Shown: positions 37,208-48,996 of the stretch, piece by piece
Layout: every line of letters begins with the position of its first letter
Numbering within the stretch: position 1 is the stretch's first letter
The notes under the pieces: model-generated
Told to the model about the DNA's origin: nothing
The model's database searches: none
Seen by the model: only the letters and a program-made list of their open reading frames with translations
Translations under genes and position numbers: made by a program
DNA from: Armatimonadota bacterium
Lineage (GTDB): Bacteria > Armatimonadota > SYMT01
Assembly (NCBI GenBank): GCA_041690135.1
Contig: JAWLHY010000004.1
Coordinates: 128,001 to 192,000 of the forward strand
Reading direction: 5' to 3'
DNA length: 64,000 nucleotides

Positions 37208-38611
37208 TTGCCTGGGCAGATCAAACGGGCGCGACTCGCCCTGATCCTCTCCACCGGTGCGCTGCTTTTCCTCGTGGCGGTCTGCTGGTTTGTCGTGAGT
37301 GCCCTCCGCCCACAGACCCGTCTGCCGGACGGCACCGTGCTCGTCTTCGAAGGGGTCACCTACGGCACGGAGCACCGGCACCGGAGCGGCCCTGTCCTCG
37401 GGTCGTTCCTCGCTCCCATACTCCCCCCGGAACTCGCCCGGCGTATCGGCATCAGGGAAGCGACCCTCAGTCCGGTGAACATCGGACCGAGCCCGGCTCC
37501 CGAGCCTCCCGGGGCGCCGAGGGACTTTCTGGTCTTCTGGTTCCGTCGTACCGGTCCCAGGTCGTCCCGTTTTCAGAACCGGCTGGGATTCACCTACAAC
37601 CCGTCCCTTCCCCATGCCCCGACGGGACAGGCGCGGAGCGTCCATCCCGGGAACGCATCGCGAGACCTGGAAGCCTGGGTGGTGACTTCCTGGGATCGCC
37701 GCGCGCCGCAGATCGGGTTGGCCCGGGAGATCAACGGCTTGAAACAACCGCTACGCCTCGTCGTATCGAACCCCGGCCGGGTGGTTGGGTCGCCACCGAA
37801 AGTACCTCCTTTACCCGTAAAGGCTCGTGATCGAGAGGTGGAGGTGAGCCTGAGCACGCTGGTGGCCAATGTCCGTGACGAGCGCCTCTTCGCCGGGCGG
37901 CCTCCGCACCGGATCAGCGTGGCGATCCTGCAGACGCGCGACCTCCAGCACACAGGTCGAACCTGGACTCCCGGCCAGGTAGATCTCACCGATACTTCCG
38001 GGAACTGGTTCCTGGGCCATCCCCCTGCCTTCCGGCCTTCACGCAAGCTACACCGGTCGCTGGCCATGTTCCCCACCCATTTTCCGGTGGATGAACCGTG
38101 GGAATTCCGGGTTGAGCTGGTGCAGTCCGGAGGCTACGCGCCACACCAACTCTGGAAGGTGGGCCCGGTCGTGCTGCCTCCCCGCAACCAGATCCAACCC
38201 TTCCCACCTCAACGGCGCTACCAGTTCTCGGGTTACCGTTTGCTGGGGATCACCGGACGAAACGTGGGACGCGCCTTTGGAGTGTACTCGCCGGAGTGGT
38301 CACCCTCCGTTTACCTCCAGGCACCGAGCCGCGATGCCGCCATCACTCTGCTCCAGGCCACCGACCAGCAGCAACGCCCCGTAAAAATACGGCTGTCACG
38401 GGGACACGGGTTGATTCGGGCCTTCAGTCTCATGCCCGATACCCATGTACGCAGCGTGAATCTCACCCTGGCGTTGCAGGAACAACGCCAGGTGACGATA
38501 AGAGCGCTTCCTACGTCCGAGCGGCTTCCGGACGAACTTTTCGCCGGCAGGCGCCGCCGAGACCGAAACAACTCGCGGAGAGGACCCGTCGCAACGCAGC
38601 GCGCGAATTAG
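37208..38611 (+). CDS. Hypothetical membrane-anchored protein
   Basis: 467-aa ORF with an N-terminal TM helix; no family recognised. Confidence 0.55.
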   Translation: MPGQIKRARLALILSTGALLFLVAVCWFVVSALRPQTRLPDGTVLVFEGVTYGTEHRHRSGPVLGSFLAPILPPELARRIGIREATLSPVNIGPSPAPEPPGAPRDFLVFWFRRTGPRSSRFQNRLGFTYNPSLPHAPTGQARSVHPGNASRDLEAWVVTSWDRRAPQIGLAREINGLKQPLRLVVSNPGRVVGSPPKVPPLPVKARDREVEVSLSTLVANVRDERLFAGRPPHRISVAILQTRDLQHTGRTWTPGQVDLTDTSGNWFLGHPPAFRPSRKLHRSLAMFPTHFPVDEPWEFRVELVQSGGYAPHQLWKVGPVVLPPRNQIQPFPPQRRYQFSGYRLLGITGRNVGRAFGVYSPEWSPSVYLQAPSRDAAITLLQATDQQQRPVKIRLSRGHGLIRAFSLMPDTHVRSVNLTLALQEQRQVTIRALPTSERLPDELFAGRRRRDRNNSRRGPVATQRAN

Positions 38612-38631
38612 CGACAGAACAGCGGATCCGG

Positions 38632-38672
38632 CAAACAGATTTTCGACCGCGCAGGACCGGATCCGGTATAAT
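38632..38672 (+). promoter_or_regulatory. sbcC promoter with a degenerate LexA box
   Basis: CAAAC-AGAT-TTTCG overlaps TCGACC-N18-TATAAT; the ATG lies 8 nt after the -10 element. Confidence 0.5.
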
Positions 38673-38680
38673 GACAGGCG

Positions 38681-41236
38681 ATGATTCCCCTTCGTCTCCA
38701 CCTGCAGAACTTCCTTTCGTACGGCGACTCCGGTGCGCCCATCGACTTCGAAGGCATCCACGTTGCCTGCCTTTGCGGCCCCAACGGGCACGGTAAGAGC
38801 ACTCTCCTGGATGCAATTACCTGGGCGCTATGGGGCCAGGCCCGGACGAACACGGCCGATGACCTGGTCCGGCTCGGCCAGACCTCCATGCTGGTCGACT
38901 TTGAGTTCCTGGTAGACGGACAGCACTACCGCGTGACCCGCCGCCGCACCAAGGGGAAATCCAGCCAGAGCGATCTCCAGTTCCAGGTCCGCGAGGGAGA
39001 GGGCGAATGGCGGGCCCTTACGGGGCAGGGGGTTCGCGGCACCCAGGAGAGGATCGTCCAATCGCTCCGGATGGACTACGAGACGTTCATCAACTCGGCG
39101 TTCATCCTTCAGGGCCGGGCCGACGAATTCGCGCGGAAGACACCGGGAGACCGCAAGAAAATCCTGGGCGAGATCCTCAACCTGGGGCAGTACGACCAGC
39201 TCCACGACGCCGCGCGCGCCCGCCGGGCCGACGCACGGATGCGGGTCAACGCCCTGGAGGCGGATCTCCAACGCATGGAAGCCGAGCAGCGCCGCCTTCC
39301 CGAGCTAACGGCCCAGGTGGAAAAGCTGACCCAACTCCACACCCAGGCGGAGTTGGCCGTGGAGCGTTCCCGCACGGAGCTCCAGCAGATCCTGCTGGAG
39401 CAGGCCCGCCTGGACGAGCATCGACGCCAACGCGAAGACCTGGACCGCCGCCTCGCCGGCGCCGAGGCGCGCTTGAAGTCGGACCGACAGCTCCTCGCCG
39501 CAGCGCAGGCGCGGATAGCGCAGGCCGAAACCCTGGTCAAACGCGCGCCGGAGATCCGCGGTCGCGCCCAGGAGTACTACGCCCTGTGCAAAGAACGGGA
39601 CGAGCTCGCCGCGGCGGCCGCCCAGCTCCGGACCCTGGAACGCGAGCGAGAGATGCTCCAGCGGCGCGTGCGCGAGGCGGAGTACCAGATCCAGAGCCGT
39701 CTCCAACTGGTCCGCCAGCGGGTGCGCGAATTGCGAGCCCGCACCGAACAGCTCCCCAAAATCCAGGAGCAGGTAGGCGACCTGGACCGGCAGGTGGCAG
39801 GGCTGGACCGTCTCCAGGAGCAGTCCGCCGCGCTCCAGGCACGCCTTCAAGATCTGGCCGCCGTCCGGGCGGAAGCAGCAGCCGAACTCCGCCGCTGTGA
39901 GGAAGAGCTGACCAAAGCCGATGAACGGTTCCAGACCCTCAAGGCGGCCCGCGCGCAGTGCCCCATCTGTGAGGGCGCACTGCCCGAAGAGAAGCGGCTG
40001 GAGCTCGGCCGGCAACTCCGGGACCAGAAAAGTGCGCTAAAAACCGCGCAAGGGGCGGCGATCCAGAAGGAGGCGGATGCCCGGCGTGCGGACGAGGAGA
40101 TCCGCCGCGGGCTGCAGGACCTGGACCGGAAGCTCAAGACTGGGCAGCACATGCGCGACCGCCTGGCCCAGGCCCGCCAGACCCTGCTGGAACTGGAGAC
40201 CGCGACGAAAGAACTACCCGGAGAGCTGAAAATCGCCGCAGAGTTGGAAAAGCAGCTCGAGGCCGGAAGTTTTGCTGCCGAGGAACAACAGCAACTGCGT
40301 GAGCTGGAAGCACGCATCAAAGCCCTTAACTACGATGAACGCCGAGCGACCACGCTCACCTCGCGCATTCAGCAACTGGCCTCTGCGGAACGTGACCTGC
40401 ACAGCCTCGAACAGGCGGAAGCCGCCTTGCCCGAGCACCGGCAGCAGGTCGAAACGCTGCAGGCGGCACTCCTGACGCAGGAAGAAGCACTCGCCGACGA
40501 CCGCGCTGCCCGGGCGCAGGCGGTTAAGGAACTGGAGCGGGTCCCCGCGGTGGAGGCCGAAACCCGCCGCCGAGACGGTGCGCTGGCCCAGGCGGAGCGG
40601 GAAGAAGCAGGGCTGGCGAAGCAGCTCGGGGCCGCTCACGAGGCCCTGAAGCAGTGTGAGGCCCTCGCCGCCCAGATCGCGGAGCGGCGGAAAGAGCGAG
40701 AGGCGGCGGCCCGGGACGAGGCGATACACGAGGAGTTGGCTAAAGCCTTCGGGCGCAACGGTATCCAGGCGCTCATTATTGAGAACGCGCTCCCGGAGAT
40801 CGAGACGGAAGCCAACCTGCTCCTGGCCCGGATGACCGAAGGCCAGCTCTCAGTCCGCCTCAACAGCCAGAAGGAGCTCAAGTCCGGTGGCCAGGCCGAG
40901 ACCCTGGAGATCGAGATCAGCGACGGCATGGGCCCGCGGCGCTATGAGTTGTTCAGCGGCGGGGAAGCGTTCCGGGTCAACTTCGCCATCCGGATCGCGC
41001 TGTCCAAGCTCCTGGCCCGCCGCGCCGGCGCCCGCCTGGAGACGCTGGTCATCGACGAAGGCTTCGGCTCGCAGGACGAGGAAGGTCGCACGCGTATCAT
41101 CGAGGCGATTGGCGCCGTGCAGGAGGACTTCGCCCGGATCCTGGTCATCACCCACCTGGATGAGCTGAAGGAGAAGTTCCCCACGCGCATCGAAGTCACC
41201 AAGGGAACCGCCGGAAGCCAGGTAGCGATCTACTGA
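38681..41236 (+). CDS. sbcC: SbcC/Rad50 SMC-family ATPase
   Basis: Walker A GPNGHGKS, Q-loop LQG, long coiled coil with CPIC zinc hook, FSGGE signature, Walker B VIDEGFG and ITH. Confidence 0.93.
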   Translation: MIPLRLHLQNFLSYGDSGAPIDFEGIHVACLCGPNGHGKSTLLDAITWALWGQARTNTADDLVRLGQTSMLVDFEFLVDGQHYRVTRRRTKGKSSQSDLQFQVREGEGEWRALTGQGVRGTQERIVQSLRMDYETFINSAFILQGRADEFARKTPGDRKKILGEILNLGQYDQLHDAARARRADARMRVNALEADLQRMEAEQRRLPELTAQVEKLTQLHTQAELAVERSRTELQQILLEQARLDEHRRQREDLDRRLAGAEARLKSDRQLLAAAQARIAQAETLVKRAPEIRGRAQEYYALCKERDELAAAAAQLRTLEREREMLQRRVREAEYQIQSRLQLVRQRVRELRARTEQLPKIQEQVGDLDRQVAGLDRLQEQSAALQARLQDLAAVRAEAAAELRRCEEELTKADERFQTLKAARAQCPICEGALPEEKRLELGRQLRDQKSALKTAQGAAIQKEADARRADEEIRRGLQDLDRKLKTGQHMRDRLAQARQTLLELETATKELPGELKIAAELEKQLEAGSFAAEEQQQLRELEARIKALNYDERRATTLTSRIQQLASAERDLHSLEQAEAALPEHRQQVETLQAALLTQEEALADDRAARAQAVKELERVPAVEAETRRRDGALAQAEREEAGLAKQLGAAHEALKQCEALAAQIAERRKEREAAARDEAIHEELAKAFGRNGIQALIIENALPEIETEANLLLARMTEGQLSVRLNSQKELKSGGQAETLEIEISDGMGPRRYELFSGGEAFRVNFAIRIALSKLLARRAGARLETLVIDEGFGSQDEEGRTRIIEAIGAVQEDFARILVITHLDELKEKFPTRIEVTKGTAGSQVAIY

Positions 41237-41505
41237 CATTCCCATCCTACCTGAAGGGTAACCGTCAGATCCCGAGTAGTGGGTCACTTGGCACCCAGCT
41301 TCTGATGGTCCGCGCCCGCTCTGCATCGCATCAGGAATGGCTCCTGGGGACTGGAACGGTACTCTGTCCTTGCACCCGCAGAAGTAGGGTGGGATCTCCG
41401 TCCCCGCCGGGCCTTGGGCTAGCACCCGTCATGCCGTGTGGAACTCCGCTCACCCCGGATTATGGAGCCCACGAACCCAATACCCCGTCAGGATCACCTA
41501 TCAAT

Positions 41506-41533
41506 AAGACCCCGGCTTTCCAGCCGGGGTCTA
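41506..41533. terminator. Hairpin between convergent sbcC and gltD
   Basis: AGACCCCGGCT-ttcc-AGCCGGGGTCT. Confidence 0.55.
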
Positions 41534-41583
41534 CTCGGTCCTCTCTGTGCACTCCGCGTCTCTGCGGTGGGTGACCCCATTCC

Positions 41584-43113
41584 TTACGAGAACGGCCGCT
41601 GGTCGTTTTCGTTGTCGAGGGGCCGGGGCAGGCTGGTCTCGCCCATCAGGTAGGCGTCCACGCCCGCGGCGGCGTGACGTCCTTCCGCGATGGCCCACAC
41701 GATCAGGCTCTGACCACGGGTGATATCCCCGGCGGTGAAGACGCCCGGCACGCTGGTCATGCGGTTCAGGTCGGATTTCACGTTACCGCGCGGGTCGTAC
41801 TCGACGCCCAACTGCTCGAGGACACCGCCCTTCTCCGGGCCGACGAAGCCCATCGCCAGGAAGACCAGGTCGGCTTCCCAGATCTGCTCCGTGCCGGGGA
41901 CGTCCACGAACTGCATCCGACCGTTCTCGACCTTCATCTCCACCCGGGTCGTCCGGAGAGCCCGGACGTTTCCGTCCTCGTCGCCCAGGAACTCCTTGGT
42001 GTTGATCGAGTACTCCCGGTCGCAGCCTTCCTCGTGAGCGCTGGAGACGCGGAAGACGTTGTTCCACTGCGGCCACGGGTTGTTCGGAGCGCGGCCGTCC
42101 GGCGGGCGGGAAACGATCTCGAACTGGGCCACGCTGGCGCAGCCCTGGCGGTGCGCCGTGCCGAGGCAGTCCGCCCCGGTGTCGCCGCCGCCGATGATGA
42201 TCACCTTCTTGCCCTGGGCGTGGATGTAGTCCGCCGTTTCCGCCCCGTTGCCGTAAGGGGGCGTGTTCTTCAGGTAGAGATGTCCGTCCTGCTCTTCGTA
42301 GTCTCCCAGCGCGAACCGGTTCGCCTGCGGGAGGTACTGCATCGCCTGGTAGATGCCCTTCAAGTCGCGACCTGGAATCGGCAGGTCGCGCGCCTGCGTG
42401 GCCCCACCGGCCAGCACCACTGCGTCGAACTCGCTGCGGAGCTGCTCGGCGGCGACGTCCACCCCGACATTGACCCCGGCACGGAACACCACGCCTTCGG
42501 CTTCCATCTGGGCGATGCGGCGATCCAGGTAATGCTTCTCCATCTTGAACTGCGGGATGCCGTAGCGGAGGAGGCCCCCGATCTGGTCCGCGCGCTCGAA
42601 GACGGTAACCTCATGCCCTACCCGGCGAAGCTGCTGTGCCGCGGCCAGACCGGCGGGACCGGAACCGACCACGGCCACCTTCTTGCCCGTCAGCTTCTTC
42701 GGTGGCTCGGGAGCGACCCAACCCTCGTCCCAGGCGCGGTCGATGATCGTCACCTCGACCTGCTTGATGGTGACCGGGTCGGCGTTGATACCGAGCACGC
42801 AGGAGGCCTCGCACGGGGCCGGGCAGAGGCGACCGGTGAACTCCGGGAAGTTGTTGGTCGCGTGGAGCCGGTCGATCGCGTCCCGCCAGTGGTTGCGGTA
42901 CACCAGGTCGTTCCAGTCGGGGATCATGTTCCCCAGCGGACAGCCCTGGTGGCAGAACGGAATGCCGCAGTCCATGCAGCGCGCACCCTGCTCCTGGACC
43001 TTGAGCATCGGGAACGGGTTATACACCTCATTCCAATCATGAATCCGCTCGGCCACGGAGCGCCGGGTCGGCAGCTCACGCTTGAATTCCAGAAATCCCG
43101 TTGGCTTTCCCAT
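41584..43113 (-). CDS. gltD: Glutamate synthase small subunit
   Basis: [43 protein letters not shown] and [13 protein letters not shown]. Confidence 0.97.
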   Translation of the reverse strand: MGKPTGFLEFKRELPTRRSVAERIHDWNEVYNPFPMLKVQEQGARCMDCGIPFCHQGCPLGNMIPDWNDLVYRNHWRDAIDRLHATNNFPEFTGRLCPAPCEASCVLGINADPVTIKQVEVTIIDRAWDEGWVAPEPPKKLTGKKVAVVGSGPAGLAAAQQLRRVGHEVTVFERADQIGGLLRYGIPQFKMEKHYLDRRIAQMEAEGVVFRAGVNVGVDVAAEQLRSEFDAVVLAGGATQARDLPIPGRDLKGIYQAMQYLPQANRFALGDYEEQDGHLYLKNTPPYGNGAETADYIHAQGKKVIIIGGGDTGADCLGTAHRQGCASVAQFEIVSRPPDGRAPNNPWPQWNNVFRVSSAHEEGCDREYSINTKEFLGDEDGNVRALRTTRVEMKVENGRMQFVDVPGTEQIWEADLVFLAMGFVGPEKGGVLEQLGVEYDPRGNVKSDLNRMTSVPGVFTAGDITRGQSLIVWAIAEGRHAAAGVDAYLMGETSLPRPLDNENDQRPFS

Positions 43114-43120
43114 TTTTCTC

Positions 43121-46100
43121 CTACTCCGCGCCGGCCAGGGTTCCACCACCCGGGGCTTCCAGCTTCTGTCGCTTCTGTTCTTCGAGGACCCGCTTATAGT
43201 CGGTCGGCATGACCTTGCGGAACTTCGTCTTGGCCGTGTCCCACTGGTCCAGGATCTCCTGCGCCACGGTGCTGCCCGTATAGAACACGTGCTGCTGCAG
43301 CAGGTCGCGTACCAGTGCCTGGTCTTCCGGATCCGTGAACGGCTCCAACTCCACCATCTCGGTGTTCAGGCGGATCGGGAAGTCGCCGGCCTCGTCGAGG
43401 ACAAAGGCCATCCCGCCACTCATCCCGGCCCCGAAGTTCCGGCCCGTCCGGCCGATGGAGACCACGATACCGCCGGTCATATACTCGCAGCAGTGGTCGC
43501 CGGTGCCTTCCACCACGGTGTGAGCTCCGGAGTTGCGGACGCAGAACCGTTCGCCGGCCTTGCCGCGGACGAACATCTTGCCGCCCGTGGCGCCGTAGAG
43601 GGCCACGTTGCCGATCAGGATATTCTCTTCCGGCTTGAAGGTGGACGCCCGCGGCGGGAACACCACGACCTTGCCGCCGGACAGGCCCTTACCGCAGTAG
43701 TCGTTGGCATCGCCTTCCAGGGTGAGGGTCATCCCCCGCGGCACGAAACCGCCGAAGCTCTGGCCGGCCGAGCCGTGGAACTTGATCTTGATCGTGTCCT
43801 CTGGCAGACCCTCCACACCGAACTTGCGGGTCACTTCACTGCCGAGGATGGCGCCCACGGTCCGGTCCACGTTGTGGATGTCCACCTCGAACTCCGCGGT
43901 AGGCAGCTCGATTTCGGAGGCGCTGGTGATTTCCTGCTGGCCGTTCCACTCCTGGACCGCCGGGCACCAGTTCACCTGGTAGGGCAGGTCGAGGATCTGC
44001 CGGATCTCGGGCCGCGCCAGCAACTGGTAGTCGAGCACGTTCTCCAGACCGTGGTCCTGCGGGACGACCTGGTGCACCGCCACCTCGGGACCGACTTCCG
44101 GACGATGGAGGATCTTGCTGAGGTCCAGCCCCTTCGCCTTGTAGTGCTCGATCGCATGGCGCATCTCCAGCAGGTCGCTGCGGCCGACCATCTCGTCCAG
44201 GGTGCGGAACCCGAGCTTCGCCATGATCTCGCGGATCTCTTCCGCGACGAACATGAAGAAGTTCACCACATGGTCCGCCTGGCCCGTGAAGCGCGCCCGG
44301 AGGTCCGGGTTCTGGGTCGCGACCCCCACCGGGCAGGTGTCGAGATGGCAGACGCGCATCATGATGCAGCCCATCACCACCAGCGGCGCCGTCGCGAAGC
44401 CGAACTCCTCGGCTCCCAGCAGCGCGGCGATCGCCACGTCGCGGCCCGTCTTGAGCTGGCCGTCGGTCTGCACGCGGATCCGGTCGCGGAGCTTGTTCAG
44501 CACCAGGGTCTGCTGCGTCTCGGCGAGTCCCAGCTCCCACGGCGTCCCCGCGTACTTGATGGAAGTCAGCGGGCTGGCGCCGGTGCCGCCATCGTGGCCG
44601 CTGATGAGTACCACGTCCGCGTGGGCCTTGGAAACCCCGGCCGCCACCGTGCCGACCCCGATCTCCGCCACGAGCTTCACGCAAACGCGGGCGCGCGGGT
44701 TGGAGTTCTTCAGGTCGAAGATGAGTTGGGCCAGGTCTTCAATCGAGTAGATGTCATGGTGCGGCGGCGGGGAGATGAGGCCCACGCCCGGCGTCGTGCC
44801 GCGGACCTTCGCGATCCACGGGTAGACCTTGTGTCCGGGAAGCTCGCCGCCTTCGCCCGGCTTGGCGCCCTGGGCCATCTTGATCTGGAGCTCGTCGGCG
44901 CTCACCATGTAGCTGCTGGTCACCCCGAACCGGCCGCTCGCCACCTGCTTGATCCGGCTGCGGCGGCTATCACCGTTCGGCTCGGGCAGCCAGCGGGCGG
45001 GGTCCTCGCCGCCTTCCCCGGTGTTGCTCCAGCCGCCCAGGCGGTTCATCGCGATCGCCAGGGTCTGGTGCGCTTCCATACTGATGGAACCGTAGGACAT
45101 CGCGCCGGTGCAGAACCGCTTGACGATCTCTTCGGCCGACTCGACCTCTTCGATCGGGATGGGCGTGCACTCGTCGAACTTGAACTCCATCAGCCCCCGC
45201 AGCGTGCAGAGCCGCTTGCTCTGGTCATCCACGCGCTCCGTGTAGCTCTTGAAGATATCGTAGCGGCCGCTGCGGGTGGCATGCTGCAGGCGGAACACCG
45301 TTTCCGGGTTGAAGAGGTGATACTCCCCTTCCCGGCGCCACTGGAACTGCCCGCCCCACCGGAGATGGTCCGGCCCCGCGGTCCGGTCCGGGAAGGCGCG
45401 CCGGTGGTGCTGGAGCACTTCCTGGCAGACCTCTTCCAGGCCGATGCCGCTCACCTGGGACGCCGTCTTGCAGAAGTACCGGTCGATGAACTCCTGCTTG
45501 AGACCGATCGCCTCGAAGATCTGCGCACCGCGGTAGCTCTGGACCGTGGAGATGCCCATCTTGGCCATCACCTTCACCACACCCTTGTAGACGGCCTTGA
45601 TGTAGTTCTTGACCGCCTTCTCGAGCGTGAGGACCGGCGGCAGCATCCCCTGCCGGATCATGTCGTCCAGGCTCTCGAACGCCAGGTACGGGTTGATGGC
45701 GCTGGCGCCGTAGCCCAGCAGCAGGCAGAAGTGGTGCACCTCGCGGGCATCACCGCTCTCCACCACCAGGCCGACGCGGGTCCGCAGCTCTTCCCGCACC
45801 AGGTGGTGGTGCAGACCGGAGGTGGCCAGGAGCGAAGGAATGGGCGCCCACTCCGCATCGACCCCGCGGTCGGAAAGAATCAGGATACTGGCGCCGCCGC
45901 GGATCGCCTCCGCCGCCGCCTGGAATAGCTCCTCGAGCGCCCGCTCCATCCCGGCGGCCCCGTCCGCGGCCCGGAAGACCATCGGGATGGTAACCGCCTT
46001 GAAGCCGTGACCGCCCGGCGTGTTGCCGTCCAACTGCTTCAGCTTGGCCAGTTGCTCGTTCGTGAGCACGAAGGTGTCCAGGTCGATCTGGCGCGCCGCA

Positions 46101-47782
46101 TCCGGAGTGGGCTCCAGGATGTTCACTTCCGGCCCCAGACTCGTGTAGACGGAGGTGATGATCTCCTCGCGGATACAGTCGAGTGGCGGGTTGGTGACCT
46201 GGGCAAAGAGCTGCTTGAAGTAGTTGAACAGCACCTGCGGCTGGTCGGAGAGCACCGCCAGCGGCGTATCCGTGCCCATGGAACCGATCGCCCAGAGGCC
46301 CTTTTCCGCCATGGGTCCGAGGATGTACTTTTGGTCCTCGACCGTGTAGGCGAAGGCCTGCTGGCGATGGAGCAGCGTTTCGTGGTCCGGCAGCGGCAAC
46401 TCGGGAGCGGCCGGGATCTCGTTCAGGTGGATGGAATGCTCGTTCAGCCACTCGCCGTAGGGCTGCGCCGTGGCGAGCTGGTGCTTCAGCTCCTCATCCG
46501 CGACGATCCGGCCCTCTTCCATGTTGACCAGGAACATCCGGCCCGGCTCGAGGCGACCCTTGATCGCCACGTCCTCGGGGGCGATCTCAAGGACGCCGAC
46601 CTCGGAGGCCATGATAACCAGGTCGTCCTTGGTCACCCAGTAGCGGGAGGGACGCAGGCCGTTCCGGTCCAGGGTGGCGCCGATGCTCTTGCCGTCGGTG
46701 AAGGCGATGGACGCGGGGCCGTCCCACGGCTCCATGAAGCAGGAATGGAAGCGGTAGAAGTCCTTCTTCTCCTGCGACATCGACTCGTGATGCTCCCAGG
46801 CTTCGGGGATCATCATCATCATCACGTGGGCGGGGCTGCGGCCGGCCTTGATCAACAGCTCCACCACGTTGTCCAGCACGGCGGTGTCGCTGCCGTCTTC
46901 GTTGGCCACGATCGGTAGGAGCTTCTCCACGTCGCCGGGCTCGAACAGGCTCGACTTCAGCAGCGACTGGCGCGCGCGCATCCAGTTGGCGTTGCCGCGC
47001 TTGGTGTTGATCTCGCCGTTATGGGAGATCATCCGGTACGGGTGCGCCAGTTCCCAGGCGGGGAAGGTGTTGGTGCTGAACCGGGAATGGAACATGCAGA
47101 GCGCGCTCTTCAGGTCCGGATCGTTGAGGTCCGGGAAGTAGAGCGGCACCTGGTCCGGCGTCAGCATCCCCTTGTAGACGATGGTGTAGCAGGAGAGGCT
47201 GGGGAAGTAGAAGAAGCCCTTCTGCTCCAGGTCCGACTTGGCGGCGATGTTCTCGAACCGGCGGCGGATGACGTACAGCTTCCGCTCGAACTGGTCGGCG
47301 TCGCGGATGTTGTCGCCCCAGGCGATGAACGCCTGCTCCATGTCCGGCTCCACGTCGAGCGCCGTCTGGCCCAGCGAGCTGTTCTCCGTCGGCAGTGGGC
47401 GCCAGCCCAGGAACTTCTGGCCCTCGTCCGCCACGATCTGCTCGAACAGCCGCTTGCCCTCGGCCTTCGATGCCTCCACCTTGGGCAGGAAGAGCGTTCC
47501 GGCGCCGTAGCGACCGGGCTCCGGCAGCTCAAAGCCGAGGGGCGCGGTCACCCGCAGGAAGAACTCGTGGGGAAGCTGGATCAGGACGCCCGCCCCATCA
47601 CCCGTGTTGACTTCGCAGCCGCAGGCGCCGCGATGGTTGAGGTTGATCAGGGCCTTGACGCCGTCCTGAACGATCTTGTGGGATTTCTTGCCCTTCAGGT
47701 GGACGAGAAATCCAACGCCGCACGCGTCGTGCTCGTTTGCGGGGTCGTAGAGACCCTGCTTATCAGGAAGACCGATAGCCAT
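43121..47782 (-). CDS. gltB: Glutamate synthase large subunit
   Basis: [51 protein letters not shown] and GXGXG domain. Confidence 0.98.
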   Translation of the reverse strand: MAIGLPDKQGLYDPANEHDACGVGFLVHLKGKKSHKIVQDGVKALINLNHRGACGCEVNTGDGAGVLIQLPHEFFLRVTAPLGFELPEPGRYGAGTLFLPKVEASKAEGKRLFEQIVADEGQKFLGWRPLPTENSSLGQTALDVEPDMEQAFIAWGDNIRDADQFERKLYVIRRRFENIAAKSDLEQKGFFYFPSLSCYTIVYKGMLTPDQVPLYFPDLNDPDLKSALCMFHSRFSTNTFPAWELAHPYRMISHNGEINTKRGNANWMRARQSLLKSSLFEPGDVEKLLPIVANEDGSDTAVLDNVVELLIKAGRSPAHVMMMMIPEAWEHHESMSQEKKDFYRFHSCFMEPWDGPASIAFTDGKSIGATLDRNGLRPSRYWVTKDDLVIMASEVGVLEIAPEDVAIKGRLEPGRMFLVNMEEGRIVADEELKHQLATAQPYGEWLNEHSIHLNEIPAAPELPLPDHETLLHRQQAFAYTVEDQKYILGPMAEKGLWAIGSMGTDTPLAVLSDQPQVLFNYFKQLFAQVTNPPLDCIREEIITSVYTSLGPEVNILEPTPDAARQIDLDTFVLTNEQLAKLKQLDGNTPGGHGFKAVTIPMVFRAADGAAGMERALEELFQAAAEAIRGGASILILSDRGVDAEWAPIPSLLATSGLHHHLVREELRTRVGLVVESGDAREVHHFCLLLGYGASAINPYLAFESLDDMIRQGMLPPVLTLEKAVKNYIKAVYKGVVKVMAKMGISTVQSYRGAQIFEAIGLKQEFIDRYFCKTASQVSGIGLEEVCQEVLQHHRRAFPDRTAGPDHLRWGGQFQWRREGEYHLFNPETVFRLQHATRSGRYDIFKSYTERVDDQSKRLCTLRGLMEFKFDECTPIPIEEVESAEEIVKRFCTGAMSYGSISMEAHQTLAIAMNRLGGWSNTGEGGEDPARWLPEPNGDSRRSRIKQVASGRFGVTSSYMVSADELQIKMAQGAKPGEGGELPGHKVYPWIAKVRGTTPGVGLISPPPHHDIYSIEDLAQLIFDLKNSNPRARVCVKLVAEIGVGTVAAGVSKAHADVVLISGHDGGTGASPLTSIKYAGTPWELGLAETQQTLVLNKLRDRIRVQTDGQLKTGRDVAIAALLGAEEFGFATAPLVVMGCIMMRVCHLDTCPVGVATQNPDLRARFTGQADHVVNFFMFVAEEIREIMAKLGFRTLDEMVGRSDLLEMRHAIEHYKAKGLDLSKILHRPEVGPEVAVHQVVPQDHGLENVLDYQLLARPEIRQILDLPYQVNWCPAVQEWNGQQEITSASEIELPTAEFEVDIHNVDRTVGAILGSEVTRKFGVEGLPEDTIKIKFHGSAGQSFGGFVPRGMTLTLEGDANDYCGKGLSGGKVVVFPPRASTFKPEENILIGNVALYGATGGKMFVRGKAGERFCVRNSGAHTVVEGTGDHCCEYMTGGIVVSIGRTGRNFGAGMSGGMAFVLDEAGDFPIRLNTEMVELEPFTDPEDQALVRDLLQQHVFYTGSTVAQEILDQWDTAKTKFRKVMPTDYKRVLEEQKRQKLEAPGGGTLAGAE

Positions 47783-48020
47783 CTGTCACTTACCTCTCTG
47801 CGGGATAGCCGGTGTCGGGGTGCCGGGCTCGAAACTGGGCGATTGAAGGTCGGAGCAAAGGATGCCGGCGATGCCGTTCGGCGCTCCGCATGCGAAAGCG
47901 TGGGGTGTCTGTTGCACGCCGCGGGCGCTGGGGGCGCCCTATTGCGGACCTTACAAGCTCTTCACTTGTCAACCCGGCCGTGCGTCCTGTGATTTCGGAC
48001 CCGCACCCGGGATAGAAACG

Positions 48021-48061
48021 CAAAAGGGCAGCGGTCCGCGTACACGCGAATCACGCTGCCC
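48021..48061 (-). terminator. Terminator-like hairpin in the gltB 5' leader
   Basis: Minus strand reads GGGCAGCG...CGCTGCCC followed by TTTT. Confidence 0.6.
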
Positions 48062-48178
48062 CACGCTGGGCGGACCGGGCACGCCGCCATTGGCGAAACC
48101 GGCTGCTTCTCTTACGGACGGTATTCTAAAAGTCTGCTTCCACCGGAGCCTCTTTGCTCGGTCTGGAAATGAGATCGT

Positions 48179-48207
48179 AATATATCAAATCACAACCGGC
48201 CCGTAAA
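48179..48207 (-). promoter_or_regulatory. Candidate sigma70 promoter for gltBD
   Basis: TTTACG-N17-TATATT with an extended -10 TG. Confidence 0.5.
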
Positions 48208-48543
48208 GGGTCAAGTGGCAAGTAAGAGGAGCGCGGGCACCTCGCCCGCCCAAGAAGGGGCGCGATTCGCAAACCCAGCGGGATGGATGGATCCGCGAAC
48301 TGGACGAATGGGACGAAGGGGAAGGATGTTCAGGCTTTCAGGCCTTCAGGCAATGCCCACGCTCGTCATGGCGAGGAGCGACAGACCTGAAGCAACTTCT
48401 CAGCCCAGATGAGCATCCCGTCGAAGCACCAAGCATCCTGCGCCCGTACCCATAAGCGACGTGGCCATCCCCCTGGTCAGGGAAGTCGCAATTACACGTT
48501 CGGGCAGCCTCCTGGTCAAGATGCGGTCCTGGAACCGGGACTC

Positions 48544-48730
48544 TTTATCCTTATCCCGGTCCTAATCCATCCCGCCCCCTGGCCAGGGCACCTGTCCCTA
48601 CCCGGCGTCCTAATCGCAATCCTTATCCTAATCCATCCCGCCACTGACCAGGGCACCCGCCCATTACCCAGGATCCTTATCCTCATCCCGGTCCAAATCC
48701 GTCCCGCTCCCTGGTAAGGACACCCGACTT
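48544..48730. repeat. Degenerate 66-bp tandem repeat (about 3 copies)
   Basis: Unit resembles ATCCTTATCCCGGTCCTAATCCATCCCGCCCCCTGGCCAGGGCACC; 22-aa periodicity in ORF 48409-48717. Confidence 0.7.
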
Positions 48731-48996
48731 GCATTCCGGTTGTCGCACTGCAGACGGCGAGTAGGGTCGGTGCCGCCGTCCCCGACCAGGATCAAGCCTC
48801 CGCACACGGAATGCACCGTGGTAGCCAGCGAAACAGGACGGCAATTGCGTCGGATCTACCGCAACCGCCACACAAGCACAGGCCCCGGACGTAACTACCG
48901 CCCGAGGCCCAAACCTTCGCCATTGGCCCCGAGGGGGCTTCGACCTGCCAACCTGCCAACCCAGACCCCGACTCGGATAAACCGGGCACTATCGGC

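Noticed and set aside
43082-45928. 948-aa plus-strand ORF and other long antisense ORFs (e.g. 19287-21359, 41674-43212, 56805-58742)
   Set aside because: Shadow frames opposite well-supported genes, as expected in high-GC DNA; no motifs.
48409-48717. Hydrophobic periodic ORF as a RiPP precursor or membrane peptide
   Set aside because: The periodicity is explained by the DNA hexamer repeats; no clear RBS or nearby modifying enzymes.
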